A stretch of DNA of 64,000 bases, from assembly GCA_964016885.1 (NCBI GenBank), contig OZ024742.1, forward strand, positions 170,686,001 to 170,750,000. Direction: 5' to 3'. Source of the stretch: Eledone cirrhosa (taxonomy: Eukaryota). Positions 14,614 to 26,879 of the stretch are shown here, piece by piece. A program made the position numbers and the translations under genes. How positions within the stretch are numbered: position 1 is the stretch's first letter; each line of letters opens with the position of its first letter. The notes below the pieces were generated by a model. The model saw only the letters and a list, made by a program, of their open reading frames with translations, was not told where the DNA came from and ran no database searches.

Positions 14614-14736
14614 CATAATATATATATACGTATATATATGGTCAACATGATAGTCACCAGTGTTTCAGTTTATCAACAACGAGACATATAAACATACGTA
14701 CGTGTCGAAACCCATACTATATATATATATATATAT

Positions 14737-14821
<85 letters not shown>

Positions 14822-14828
14822 TCATATA

Positions 14829-14949
<121 letters not shown>

Positions 14950-14960
14950 AGATATATATA

Positions 14961-15337
14961 TAAGAATAAACGTGCTGCGGGGTTGCTAATGGGTTACATA
15001 TGAATAAAGTTAGTCCTTCATCAGTGATCTTCCAACCATCATTGGTATTTCATCGCTTTAAAGACCATATACCTCCGGTTGAATTACGCACAGGTTGAAT
15101 TACGCACAGAATTACGCACAGGTCAAACGGGAAGAAGGAGGAGGAGGAGAGGTAGTAACAGAGAATGAGTGAGTGAAGGGTGAGGAAGAGGCTAACAGAG
15201 AGAGTGACTGCTAGAGAGGGTAAAGATACAGAGAAAGAGGAAGCAGTAAGAACGAAAAAGACGCGTAACAGCAGGGGAAAAATATGTGTAAATATGAGAA
15301 TAAACGTGCTGCGTGGTTGCTAATGGGTTACATACGA

Positions 15338-15338
<1 letters not shown>
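14961..15338. repeat. Dispersed repeat with terminal direct repeat (family Q) in (TA)n
   Basis: AGAATAAACGTGCTGCG..GTTGCTAATGGGTTACATA occurs at both ends. Homologous to 51115-52006 and 53140-53555. Confidence 0.7.
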
Positions 15339-15401
<63 letters not shown>

Positions 15402-15483
15402 CTGCCACGTCACAGTTCTTAGCCATTTTGAATTCGTTTCTGGCGGGGATCACTTAAGAAAATTCTTTGTCCAAATGAATTTG

Positions 15484-15549
15484 TTTCCTGATGAGATTTT
15501 ATCCTTAATAGGATATTTCCAAAAGCGAACGAAACCCTAAGGGTAGAAA
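15484..15549 (+). ncRNA. Type I hammerhead ribozyme with complete stem III
   Basis: TTTC-CTGATGA-G[..TATCCT TAAT AGGATA..]C-GAAA-CCC TAA GGG-TA-GAAA, with a GUA cleavage triplet. The base of stem II is imperfect. Confidence 0.65.
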
Positions 15550-15847
15550 TGTAATCCTGGTATGTGTATATGCATTTTTTCTTCTAACTTTAATTTTATA
15601 CTTAATTGTGTATGGTTGAAGGTATATTTAATCGATTTCCACGTGCTATTGAAATGTTGGGTAAATATTCTATAGTGGTTGGTCGCGAATAGATTGCTGT
15701 CGTTTATTTATCTACTATTTCTTCATAGGTGCCTTTTAATCTTATAGCCTGGTTTAATTGATTTTTCGTGTGGTTAATTATGCTAATTGGGAGAGGAAAT
15801 GGTGTATATATATTATCAAATGATTCTATGGACATACTTTATAGTAT

Positions 15848-15878
<31 letters not shown>

Positions 15879-15880
15879 CA

Positions 15881-15966
<86 letters not shown>

Positions 15967-15997
15967 GAGATGAGGGCGGATAATTAGGTAAATAGAT

Positions 15998-16070
15998 ATA
16001 TTTCTTTATTAGCCACAAGGGATTTTACATACAATCGTGTAAAATTACGAAACAAACAAATATAAGTAAA
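15998..16070 (-). mobile_element. Tx1-family 3' stub between GATA repeats
   Basis: Minus strand reads CCCTTGTGGCTAATAAAGAAATATATCTAT, like the 3' ends of the long Tx1 copies. Confidence 0.6.
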
Positions 16071-16085
16071 TAGATAGATAGATAA

Positions 16086-16212
<127 letters not shown>

Positions 16213-16269
16213 AATGTATATAGAAGTAGATTGATAGATAGGTAGATCTATATCAGTATATATATCTGA

Positions 16270-16454
16270 TAGGGAGTAGTAAAAAACAAGGTGGACCATA
16301 ACGCACCAGAGTACTCAATACTTGAGGTAGTAGAGAGTGTAATATGAAAAGATTCAGGGCTGTGACGGCTGAGCTCCGGCCGTTTCGACAGCTTGATCGG
16401 ATCTAGCTGTCGAAACGGCCGAAGCTTAGCCGTCACGGTCCTGAATCTTTTCAT
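16270..16454 (-). mobile_element. Short hairpin element, family P
   Basis: Imperfect palindrome 16344-16454 with the family P tail in reverse orientation on its left. Confidence 0.7.
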
Positions 16455-16464
16455 CTTTTCATAA

Positions 16465-16504
<40 letters not shown>

Positions 16505-16717
16505 TTTCTGAATTTGTTTAGCAAGATTCTTTATCTGAAATCGTGTGTTGAAACCGATATTGTTATACTTTGGGAGGGTCATGTTGCCAATAAGAAACAC
16601 ACGCACCACTTGCTTTCACTTCAATTTATTATAATAAATTTATAAATTTAGGAATTTATAAATTTATAAATTTCTGGTTGGTTGGTTGGTTCCACAACCA
16701 GATAGTTGTTTATATAT

Positions 16718-16761
16718 TGTCAAAGTTCTTTCGTCACACATTCTGTGACCTCATCAGTGAC
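16718..16761 (-). ncRNA. Hammerhead ribozyme in the 3' region of the Penelope-like element
   Basis: Minus strand GTCA-CTGATGA-G-GTCACA GAATG TGTGAC-GAAA-GAAC-TT-TGAC, about 200 nt downstream of the GIY-YIG stop codon. Confidence 0.8.
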
Positions 16762-16964
16762 TGGGGATTCTTTTCTTTGTTTTTGTGACTCTCCTTTGTT
16801 CTGTCCTACGCCATTTTGTTTCTGTGTGTGTGTGTTGTGTGCTCAGTCTGCGCATGCGCCACATCCGGGTGTCTGTGTGTGTTTATATTTGTTTATTTAT
16901 TTGTTTATTTACATGTTACCGGTTGGTTGTTTGTTCTATGTGTGTGTGTGTTTTCATTTTGTCC

Positions 16965-18178
16965 TTAATTGTAAGTTGTGATGTTGCTGTTCCACTCATA
17001 TTTTCTATTTAATTTTGGTTGTAATTCTTTTATGTTTATTGCCTCTGTGATTTGTCTAAACATTGCGTCTTTTCTGTGTGTAGATTCTATTTTTATTTCT
17101 ATGTTCTCTAATTTACCCTTATGTTCTATTTTAGCACGTTGGTAGAGTACAGATGATTCTTTACTATCTTGAAGGTCTCGCCAGTGTTCATTTATCCGTT
17201 CCCCTACACTACGGGCTGTCTCACCTATGTACACTATATTTTTGTCTCTACATTGTCCTTCAGTACATCTTATGCTATACACTACATTTCTAGTTTTACA
17301 GTTAATATGGGGGCTTATTTTACAGGTTATACATTTCTTATCTATACAGGGGGGGGGGGGTCTTTGAAAAGGGTATGTCTTGCTAATAAGTGTTTTTACG
17401 GAGGTACCTGGTCTTTCTACTATCTTAATATTGAGTTTATGTTTATCTAGGGCCCTTCTAAATTTGTAAGCTAATTCACCTCTAGGGGTTGTATCGATGA
17501 ACATTACACTCTGGTATTTATTGCTATCATACCATGAGTTTATTCTATTAGCCTTATTCCTAGTTCTTTCTATTCTATTCCAAAATTTGCTCCTATACAA
17601 GGGGCAGGTCCCATTTGTGTCATTATTTACCATTTTTTACCATTTGGTTCTGGCTCCTCTATACACTCTGATTTTATCTCTCTGATTGTAACCAGAGAAC
17701 TGCATACGGTGGATGAAGTGTTGTATGTGTCTCTCTAGTTCTTCGAGGTTGCACATGCGGGACACGTTTCTCATCACCCGTACCAAATCCGCAATCAGTA
17801 TGTTGATTTTGGTATGTTCCGAAACAGCCGAGTTTCGGTGGATCAGATGTTTGGAAGTCATGGGTTTGGCATAATGGGAATGGAGGATTTGTTTTTTGTT
17901 ATTAATGGTATCTAACCAGAGCTCTGTGTCTAGTACAGGTAATCGATGGTTGGGGTGTTTACTTGGGTAGTCTATAGTAACTCTAATACTCTGGTGGATG
18001 GAGTTAGCTATTTGCTGGATGCTTTCCATTGTGTTTTTCTCTAATTCCTGACTGTTCTCTACGATGTTTATATCATCAACGTAGCGGGAGTACATTATCA
18101 GGGTTAAAGGGTCTTCTAATTGTTCTTTAAGTTTAAGTTTAAGTCTACTGTCCCACCATACCATGAATAAGTTAGGTA
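16965..18178 (-). pseudogene. 5'-truncated Penelope-like ORF (RT C-half plus GIY-YIG) with one in-frame TAA
   Basis: NLFMVWWD, YSRYVDD, LPVLD, HYAKPM, CIDKKCITC and NVVYSIRC...VYIGETARS. The two ORFs are in the same frame, separated by TAA at 17637-17639. Confidence 0.9.
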
Positions 18179-18179
18179 T

Positions 18180-20860
18180 GTTTTGAGGCTGTTGCATCCC
18201 CCTCTACTGAGACACGCTCCCACATAGTCCCATCGTGCATTTAGGAAACCATTCCAGTCCCCCACTAAGAGTAAGGAGCGAGACGTTCCCAGAAAAGACT
18301 CTAGACGCTTAAAGAAGCCTGGCCGTGATTGCGATTGCCCGGTCGGGGCATAAACGGCCACCAGTCTGAAGGCTCCACCTCCAATACTGTTCACGTCTAG
18401 GACTACCAGTCTACCCTCCGGGTCCAAGTGTACTTGCTGTACTTCGATGTCCAGGTTCTTCCGAAACATTACAGCCACTCCCCCTCCACCTCCTGGCTGA
18501 CAGAGAGATGCGTAGATCTCAAAGTCGTCGAAGATGGGGTTTAGTTGTTGCCTGTTGTGGATCCTGGATTCGGTGATGGGTATCACATCCATACCGTGTG
18601 ACCTAAGGTCGTTTAAAAGTTGGCCCGGTTTCCAGGGCATCCCTAGGCCACGCACATTCACGCTTCCAACTCGTAAACTAGCCATGTTGCTGAAGAAGAG
18701 TTGGCGAAAAGGACGAAAAGGTGCACTTACCTTTTCGTTTCCTGGAGATCGTGTTGTTCAATCTCCATTTCAGTTCTGGTGGGGGTGTTGGGTGGGGTGG
18801 GGAAACATTTTAATAAGACGCGGTTAATAGGTTTTTGACAGGGGTTGCCAATATCCTGCGAAAACTGTTCTTTCAATTTCTGATAGGCTTCTGTCGAAAC
18901 CCTTATTATTTTTAGGCGCGGAGACGATTCTGCTTTGACGAAAGTGTTGCCCTCCGTCTCCACCTTGGGGTTTTGGGAGATGACCTCCATCAAACTCTTG
19001 TTGTTTGTGTTGATGTATGCGTATTGTTGTTTGTGTTTTTGTTGTGTTGTTTTAGTTTGTTGTTCGTCCTGGAGTTTTCTTTTTATGGTGGGTGCTTGTG
19101 TTTGGGGTGGTGTTGGTGCTGGTTTTGCTGGTAGGGGGATGTTTGACTGTGGTGTTGTTTGTGTTGTTGTTTGTCTCTGTGGTTTTGTGCTGGTTTTGGT
19201 GATTGGACTTTTGGGGGTTTTGTGGTGTCTCTTTTTTTGTTTTTTAGATTTCCGAGGCTCTCCTTCTTCTTCACTTAAAGAAGGAGAAGTAGTCTCATCT
19301 GTTGGTGAATAATCATCGTCAGGAGTGTGGGGTAGGGGTATGTTGTGTGGTAGTGGTGTTTCGGTGTGTGTGTTTGTGGAAGTGTTTGATGGAGTGGGAT
19401 GGGGTGGGGCTGTGTTTTTCAGGGGTGCTGTCTGTGTTTTTTCTGTTGTTTGTGGTTGAGTGGTTGTTTGTTTTGGTGTGTTTGCTTGTTTTGTGTATTG
19501 TTGTTGTTGTTGTTGTGGTGGTGGTGATTGTTTTGGTGTTGGTGTTGGTAAAAGTACTTTTTTAAAAAAGATTTGTTTGTAAAGGGCAGGAGGCTTTTAA
19601 GTGTGATGTGCTTGCACATCGAAAACAGTGTGGCTTTCTGACCTCAGTTACGATGTTGATGTAGTTCTGGTTGTCGACCAGCACTCTTTCGGGGATTTTG
19701 GAAATTCTTTCTAGTGTCATTTGTATCAGAATTTCCAAATTTGTCCCTGTCCACCTTTGTCTGGTCGACTTCCTGACCGAAAGCATTGTATCACTTTCTG
19801 GATCTATAAAACCTGCTAAGATCCACCAAATGTTGATGTTTGGTGGTATATTATTTATTTTGAGTTCAAATCCCGCCGAGGTTAACTTTGCCTTTCATCC
19901 TTATGGGGTCGATAAAATAAAGTACCAGTAATACACTGGGTAATTGCTGGCCTTGTGCCAAAAGTAGAAGCAATTATTTATTTTAAGTTTTTGTGTTCTT
20001 TTTCCCATGTAAGTAGGGAAAATGGTGTGTGTTTTTGTGATGTCTGGTGTAACAGAATGCTTTTGTGCGAGGGCCTCGCTTTTAAAAAGTACCGAAATAC
20101 TTCTATATAGTCTGGCCCTCTGCATAACATCAATGTCCGGCAGAGCTTCTTTCAAGGTGGTTTCAATTTCCCCTTGACTGGGGAATACCGGTTTTTTCGT
20201 TTGATTTGAAACAGTTCTGAAGGTTACTGTCCTTCGAACTGTTTCTCGTTTAATTTGCAAGGGTGAGTTTATACGAAACCCACGATTTTCTTCAAAGGTT
20301 ATGAATTGTTTTGCATCAGTCAACATTTGTTTGGAGTTGCTTATGTCGATGGGTTTGTACTCTGTTTTATTTATCACAGTCTGTGCGAATGTTGTTATTT
20401 CAATTTTGTTATTGTTGCTGGTTTATTCGTGTGTAGTTGTATCAATTGTTTCAATTTCTGCATTTTCTGTGTTTGTTGGTGTCTGTTGTGGGCTGTTATT
20501 TTCATCTTTTGTTGTGTAAATATCCATTTCTTTACGAAACAAAGTTTTGTTGTTGTTTGTCTCCATAGATACTTCTATGGAAATAGAGGGAGACATAACG
20601 CTTATATCTGTCTCCTTCCCTCTCTTCTCGCTGTCTAGCGTTCGCTGTAAGTCACACATTGTTAAAGTTAGGAACATTTTAAAAACTTGTCAATTTTTTA
20701 AAATTAAATTTCCGCCCCTGTGAGGCGAAAACAGAGATTACAACCCAGCTGACAATTCAGCCTGGGTGTTAATCTATCAAACAATATAAATTTTTACACA
20801 ATAAATTCTGTTTTTGTATAGAAAATTTTACAAAAACTTACCAGCCATCTACCCACGTCC
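18180..20860 (-). mobile_element. Tx1/L1-clade LINE copy C (5'UTR, broken ORF1, APE start of ORF2; 3' part lost)
   Basis: ORF1 fragments 20677-18727 with a CFRCASTSHLKASC knuckle. ORF2 starts at 18685 with NVRGL, TESRI and LVGDWN, and ends abruptly at the Penelope junction. Confidence 0.9.
19862..19972 (+). mobile_element. Meta-domain-like SINE inserted in ORF1 of Tx1 copy C, with target-site duplication
   Basis: GTTCAAATCCCGCCGAGGTTAACTTTGCCTTTCATCC...GGGGTCGATAAAATAAAGTACCAG is flanked by duplicated ATTATTTATTTT (ORF1 codons KINN on both sides). Confidence 0.85.
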
Positions 20861-21099
20861 GATAGAGATAGATAGATAGATATATTTCTTTATTTACCAT
20901 AAAGGCATAAAAAGAAGGGAAAAATACAAAGGGGGAGTTTACATACAATCGAGTAAAAAGGGTATAAAATGAAAATAATCGAAAACAAACTCAAAAGGGA
21001 GGGGACGTGATGGGGGTTGCACACACCCCCGAAAAAGTGTGCAATCCTTTGCCCGGGGAGCACATGGAGAAGGTGCTCCCCTCTCCTTCACTTCTTTAC

Positions 21100-24000
21100 C
21101 TACAGGATGGTATACAGAGAAGGCCCATTTACACGAGCCATTCTCGCCACTATCACCCACCTTTCATAAAACTGCCCGTGGCCAAGCACCTCTCTCTCCA
21201 TTCTTATCCTTCTTCCGAAGTGATATCGGAAGAAGTAGACCAGACTATGGCCAGAGAGGAAGTTGCCTGACCTCAGACCTTTCAATCGTGTCCACCAAAC
21301 AATCTCTTTCAACATGGCTATTACGCAGAGAAAAACCGCCTTTGCTTCCTTTGTGAAGAGGGGAGGCGGCTTGATTGTCATCACGGACTCGGCGGTCAAT
21401 CGAATCGGTGCCACCCGCGACAGCAGTCGTTCGGCGTAGCCCCACAGATCAGCCACGCCCGGACATTGCACCAATGAGTGCGCAACGGTTTCTTCGTGAC
21501 GCACGTATCTAGGGCAAATCTTTTTCGAGGGATCCTTGCCCGGGCGCCCGTGTCTGTAGAGCCTCTCTCGAACGGGTAGAGCCCCCCGGTAGCACTGCCA
21601 GGCTAGTGACTTCTGGAAGTTGTCTATTGGTCCCGGGCCGAAAGTCCTACCGAACAGGCTGGCCAGTTCGTCCTCTTCCATGTCCAGCGACTCTCCAAGG
21701 GTGTCATCGCCCCTGCTAGCCACCAGCCCTCTATAGAATGATGAGGTGGATTCTCCACCGATGGCCTGGCCCACTTGCCAGAGAGCCCTGAGCGCCTGGG
21801 CACACTCAGTGTGCCAGTCTCCCAGTTTTCCGGATCTTTGCTTGACCCAGGACTGCAGCTCGGTGAGCGAGACGAGTCTCGGAAAGGCTCGTTTCACGAA
21901 CGGAGCCCACACCGGTTGACCAGTGAGGAATACCTGTAGGTGCCGTAGCCTTAATGCGTGCCTACGCATCATCAACCACGGCATCCCCAGCCCTCCTTTC
22001 GAAGGTTGTTGGCAGCAGATGGATCTTCTCACCATAGGAGGGCGCTTCTTCCAAAGAAATTGGAAGAGCATGCGTTCCATGGTGGTGAGTGTTTCCTTAG
22101 GGCAAGGCACGACAGTCAGGCAGTAGTAAGTGACGGACGCTATGTAAATATTCGCCACCTCCGCCCGACCTTTTAGGGACAGCTTACACTTGGCCCATTT
22201 CTGGGTTAGTGCAAACACCTCGTCCCAGTTCTTTTCCACCTGGAGGTCCGGTCCAAACCAGACCCCAAGCAACTTTACCGGGCCCTCCGTCCAGTGTCCG
22301 ACGACACCGTCGGGAGGCATCGGTCTGCCTCTCCACGTTCCGAGTTGCAGCCCGATGGATTTTTCCCGGTTCAGTTTCGCACCTGACAACCTTTCGTAAT
22401 CCTCCCGTAAGGTACCGATCGCCTCGAGCTCCGAGTCGGTCGATACCATTACTGTTACGTCATCGGCGTAGGCCGACACCGCTTTGCTCAATCCTGGTTC
22501 CAGGGGGATACCCTGGAACAACTCCAACTTCCTCAGTAAAGGCTCGAGAGTCAATACGTACAGAAGGGAGGAGAGAGGGCACCCCTGTCGAATAGATCGT
22601 GTGATTTCGAACGGCTTCGAAAGGTAGCCGTTCACCTTGATCCTAGAACAGATGTGGTTGCTATGTAAGGCAGTGATCCAGCCTCTGAAAATAGGACCGA
22701 ACCCAGCCGCCGCTAGCACCGCATCCAGGTAACCATGGTCGACCCTATCGAAGGCCTTAGACTGATCCAAGTTGATCAGGGCCCCACCGAAGCCGGGTTT
22801 GTTGCCAACCCTCTCTATGATGTATCGCATGAGGTGGAGGTTATCGTGAATGGACCTGGATGGGATAGCACATGTCTGCGCATCTCCCACCAGGCCACCC
22901 ACGACAAGCGCCAACCTCTTTGCTAACACCCTGGCCAAAATCTTTAACTCTGTGTTTAGCAGGGTTATGGGCCGAAAATTATTTATACTATCCCCCTTGT
23001 TCTCGTCCTTCCTCACCAGCGAGACTACGCCCTTGGCTACAGAACAAGGAATTCTCCCGTTCTGCTGCCAATTGCAGTAGACCGCTTCGAGGAGTTCGGA
23101 GAAGAAGACCGGCATTGATAAATAAAGTTCGTAAGGTATACCATCGAGACCTGGAGATTTGCGTCTGCTGCATTGGCTCAGCGCATCCCCGATCTCATCA
23201 GCCGAGATTGGTCCCTCGCAGGACTCTGCCTCTTCGCTCGAGAGATGCGGCAGGCCGTCGAGGTATGGACCGAAATCCACGTCCCCGCCCGGACCCTCGC
23301 CTCCCCCGAATAATCGGGCAAAGTGCCTTTGAAAGGCCTCGCACATCTGCTTAGGCTCCCAGATCACCCGTCCATCCTCGTCTTGCAAAGACCGGATGGT
23401 GGATCGATTTCCACTCTTAGCTTCTGTCATGCGGACCCAGCCAACGGCTTTGGCCCCCTCATTACCTAGAGCACGTATTTTACTTCGAATGACGCAGCCT
23501 TCGTGCTTTGCATCGAAAAACTGGTTCAAGGCCGTCCTCGATGCCAGCACTCTGGCCACATCTTCGCTCTTGATTGCATCTTCTAATTTACCTGTTAATT
23601 CTTTCTCGTTTCTATTCCTATCGGCAGCTAACATCTTGCTATAACTTATTGATTCTGTTCTAATCTCTCTTTTGAGAGATGCCCACCATCGGTTGTTGAC
23701 GATTGCACCCGTCAACCTCTCCTTAACTAATCTGCTAATCCGGTTTCTGTAAGTCTCTTTTGCCGGTAAAGACAAATTAAGTTTCCAGTAACCGGAACCC
23801 TGTTTATGTGTTTTCTCGAGATTGACTACGCAGGTCACTAATTTGTGATCCGTATAGCCAACCGTGAGCATTTCTGGACAGCTTAATATGTCCCTATCCT
23901 TACTTCTAACTAAGAATCTATCTAAGTACGATCTAGATTGACCACTGTGGTTCGTCCAAGTCCAGGTTGGCACAGTTGGAAAATCTAGTCGATATCTATC

Positions 24001-24523
24001 GACCAAGTTAAAACGGTCGAGTAACCCCTTGAGACTGTTACACCCCCTCTATTAGGACATGCTCCTGCATAGTCCCAACGTGCATCTAGGATGTCATTCC
24101 AATCCCCCGCTAGAAGCAGGGAACGCGACGTTCCCAGAAAAGTCTCCAAACGCTGGAAGAAGTCGGGCCGTTCAGCTCCGAAAGGGGAGTAGACGGCGAC
24201 CAGTCTCAAGGCCGCACCTTCACTACTGCCAACGTCTAGCACCAACAAACGACCCTACGGGTCCGAGTGAACAACCTGTACGGTGAGACCCAGGTATTTT
24301 TCCAGCAGTACAACAACTCCACCCCACCTCCAGGTTGACAGAGAGATGCATGCACCTCAAAGTCATCGAAGGTAGGCCCCAGCTGCCGCACGACGCTGAT
24401 CCGAGTTTCACAGATAACCATTACATTTATACCACGTGACCTGAGGTCATTTAGAAGCTTTGCTTGCTTCCAAGTTGAGCCCAGGCCACGTGCATTCAAA
24501 CATCCTACTCTTAACACATCCAT
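21100..24523 (-). pseudogene. Tx1 copy B ORF2: APE endonuclease, reverse transcriptase, C-terminal zinc finger (frameshifts in APE)
   Basis: NARGL, LAGDWN, YLDR, YTDH, KSPGLDG, NFRPITLLN, LDQSKAFDRV, RQGCPLS, AYADD and CPR..ETVAHSLVQC. The APE region is split over three frames. Confidence 0.95.
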
Positions 24524-24556
24524 GTGGGCGGCAAAGCCAAAGGAGAGTGTAGAGAC

Positions 24557-26462
24557 CTACCTTTCTGCTTCCCGGGGTTCGGGTCGCACGACTTCCATGG
24601 GGTCGGGGGTGTTGGGTGAAGGGGTGTCTTGTGGTGGTGTGGGGTTGTCAGTGTGTGGTGGGGTTGGGGTGTTTGGAGTTGTGTTGGGGAGGGGAAGGGG
24701 AGGGGGAAAGCTTTTTAGTAGGACGCAGTTTATGGATTTGACAGAGGGTGGTCCTACGTCCTCCTTAAAATCCTTTTTTAGTTTTTGGTAGAGGTTCATT
24801 GGGATCTTTATTAATTTTAAATGTGGGTAGTTTTCTGAAGAAACAAAGTTTACACCTTCGGTTTGTACCGAAGGATTATTGTTTATGAGTTCATTTAATT
24901 TATTATTGTTTCTGTTGTTGTAAGTATGTCTTTTTTTCGGATGGTGTGAGTGTTTCGAAGAGGGGAGGGCAGGTTTGGTTTTGTTTGTTGCTGGAGGAGT
25001 GTTTTGTGTTTTGTTGGATTGTGTTGACATTTGGGTAGGGGTTGTTTGGCCTTGTGTGTTTTGCACATGTTTTCTTTTTTTCCTTTTAATCTGTCTGAAG
25101 GACTCCGTTTCTTCCTCCGAATTCGTTGGGTTATCTTCAGTGTTGGAGGGAAGAGGTATGTTTGCTGGTAATGTTTCCGTGTTGGTTTTCTTTGTGGGGG
25201 AGATGGATGTCACTATGTTAGACTGTGTTGTGCGTTGTGTCTGCGGTGGTTGTGTTGTTTTATTGAGTGAGGGGTTGGGTGGGACTGTATTTTGTTTTTG
25301 GGTAATGTGTTGTGACTGTTTGTGTTGTGGTGGTGGTGTAGTTTTACTGAGGGACGGGTTGGGTGGGACTGAGTTTTGTTGTTTGTTTATCTGTTGTGGT
25401 GGTGGTGGAGCTGGTGTTGGTAGCAGGGTTTTCTTTTTGTTGAGTTGGGGACAAGCCGCCTTCAGGTGCCCTCTGCCTGCACAGATATGACAGGACGGCC
25501 TTCTCCCCTCCACGCTAATGTTTATATACCCGTGGCCCTCTAATAGGATTCTGTCGGGTATTTGGGCAATGCGTTCAGGCTTCATTTGCACTACAAGTTC
25601 TATACCTGTTCCACTGAACGCATTGCCTGTGGTTTTCCCAATGGAAATCACGTTGTCATTCGCTGGATCGATGAAGCCAGCTATGAGCCAGCAGTAGTCC
25701 AGATCTGGCATCATTGCATCCAGCCATATGCGCTGAGTTCTTTTACCCATATAAGATGGATAAAAGGTAAAATTTGTCGAACGAATCGGTGACAAAGCAC
25801 ATTTTTTTGCCGCCGATTCGTTCTTCATAATAATCGCTAGGCTTCCATACAGTCTGTCTCTTCTTATGAAAGTGGTTTCATTAAGTACTTCTGTAAGTAC
25901 TGCTTTGATTTCTGTTTGTGTTGGCTGTTGAGGTTTTTTAGAAATGTTGTTGATGGTGCGGAAAATGACCGTCCGACTTTCAATGTCTTTGGTGAGTTCT
26001 TGAGGCATTTTTACCGCTAAAATACCATTTTCCCCTTCAGTTATGTATTGTTTGGCGTCTGTAACTCTTTGTGCTACATCTGAAATATTTTCAGGTATAT
26101 ACGTCAAAGATTTCTTTGTTGTTTGTGCAAATGAAATATTATTGGTGTTGACTTTGTTGTCTGCTTTGCTTTCTGTTATGATGTTGTTTTCAAATGTTAT
26201 TTTTGTGTTTGTCGTGTCTTTGTTTGTGGTATTAATATTGTCATGCAATTTTTTCAAATTTTTTTTTTTCGTTGTTGGAATCAATGTCCAGATTTGTGTT
26301 TTCGTCATTTTTCTCCGCAGATTCGTCTGTTTTTATTTTATTTTTTCTTCCCTTCTCTATGACGTTAGTTGGGAAGGAAGGGGGGGGGGGGACTAAAGCG
26401 TACGAGCTTACAACTCTTACCGCTGTCCCCCCACCACTATTTTCGTTAGCTTCGTTTAACAT
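24557..26462 (-). CDS. Tx1 copy B ORF1 (gag-like, CCHC knuckle); one frameshift at a homopolymer near 26260
   Basis: 583-aa open frame containing CHICAGRGHLKAAC, homologous to ORF1 of copies A and C; upstream ATG at 26462. Confidence 0.85.
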
Positions 26463-26879
26463 TTCTGTCAGACGATTTAAATTTTTTTATGCCCCAAAAT
26501 TTTTAAAAACAGGTTTTTCACCCCTGGAGGGGCAAAGATGAGCTGACCCACCGCCTGACAATTCAGACGGGGAGGGGGGGGGGGGGTCAAGCTACACAAT
26601 AGTATCAAAATTAAAATTGAACTTACAAAATTTCCGCAATAAATTTGAACAAAACTTCTGCGCGAAGTGAATTACATCTACGCTGTAGAACAGACGACAG
26701 CTAGATTATAGAGATAGATATGTTTCTTTTATTTGCCACCAGGGCATCAAAAGTGGGACAAGTACAATGGGGGGAGTTTACAAAACAAAGCGTCCTCAAT
26801 AAGGAGGAGGCAATAACAATATATAAAAATAAAATAAAATATAACAAAAAATAAAATTTATAACACAGTCCTCAATAGA

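Larger units (their letters stand above)
20884..26701 (-). mobile_element. Tx1/L1-clade LINE copy B, full length (about 5.8 kb)
   Basis: 5'UTR, ORF1, ORF2 and a 3'UTR ending AATAAAGAAATATATCTATC; GATA-like sequence at both ends. Confidence 0.93.

Noticed and set aside
17637-17639. Selenocysteine recoding in the Penelope ORF
   Set aside because: The stop is TAA, not TGA, and it is not at a Cys position.
18690-18730. 41-nt intron fusing ORF1 to ORF2 in Tx1 copy C
   Set aside because: Very short, and copies A and B have no AG in the inter-ORF spacer.
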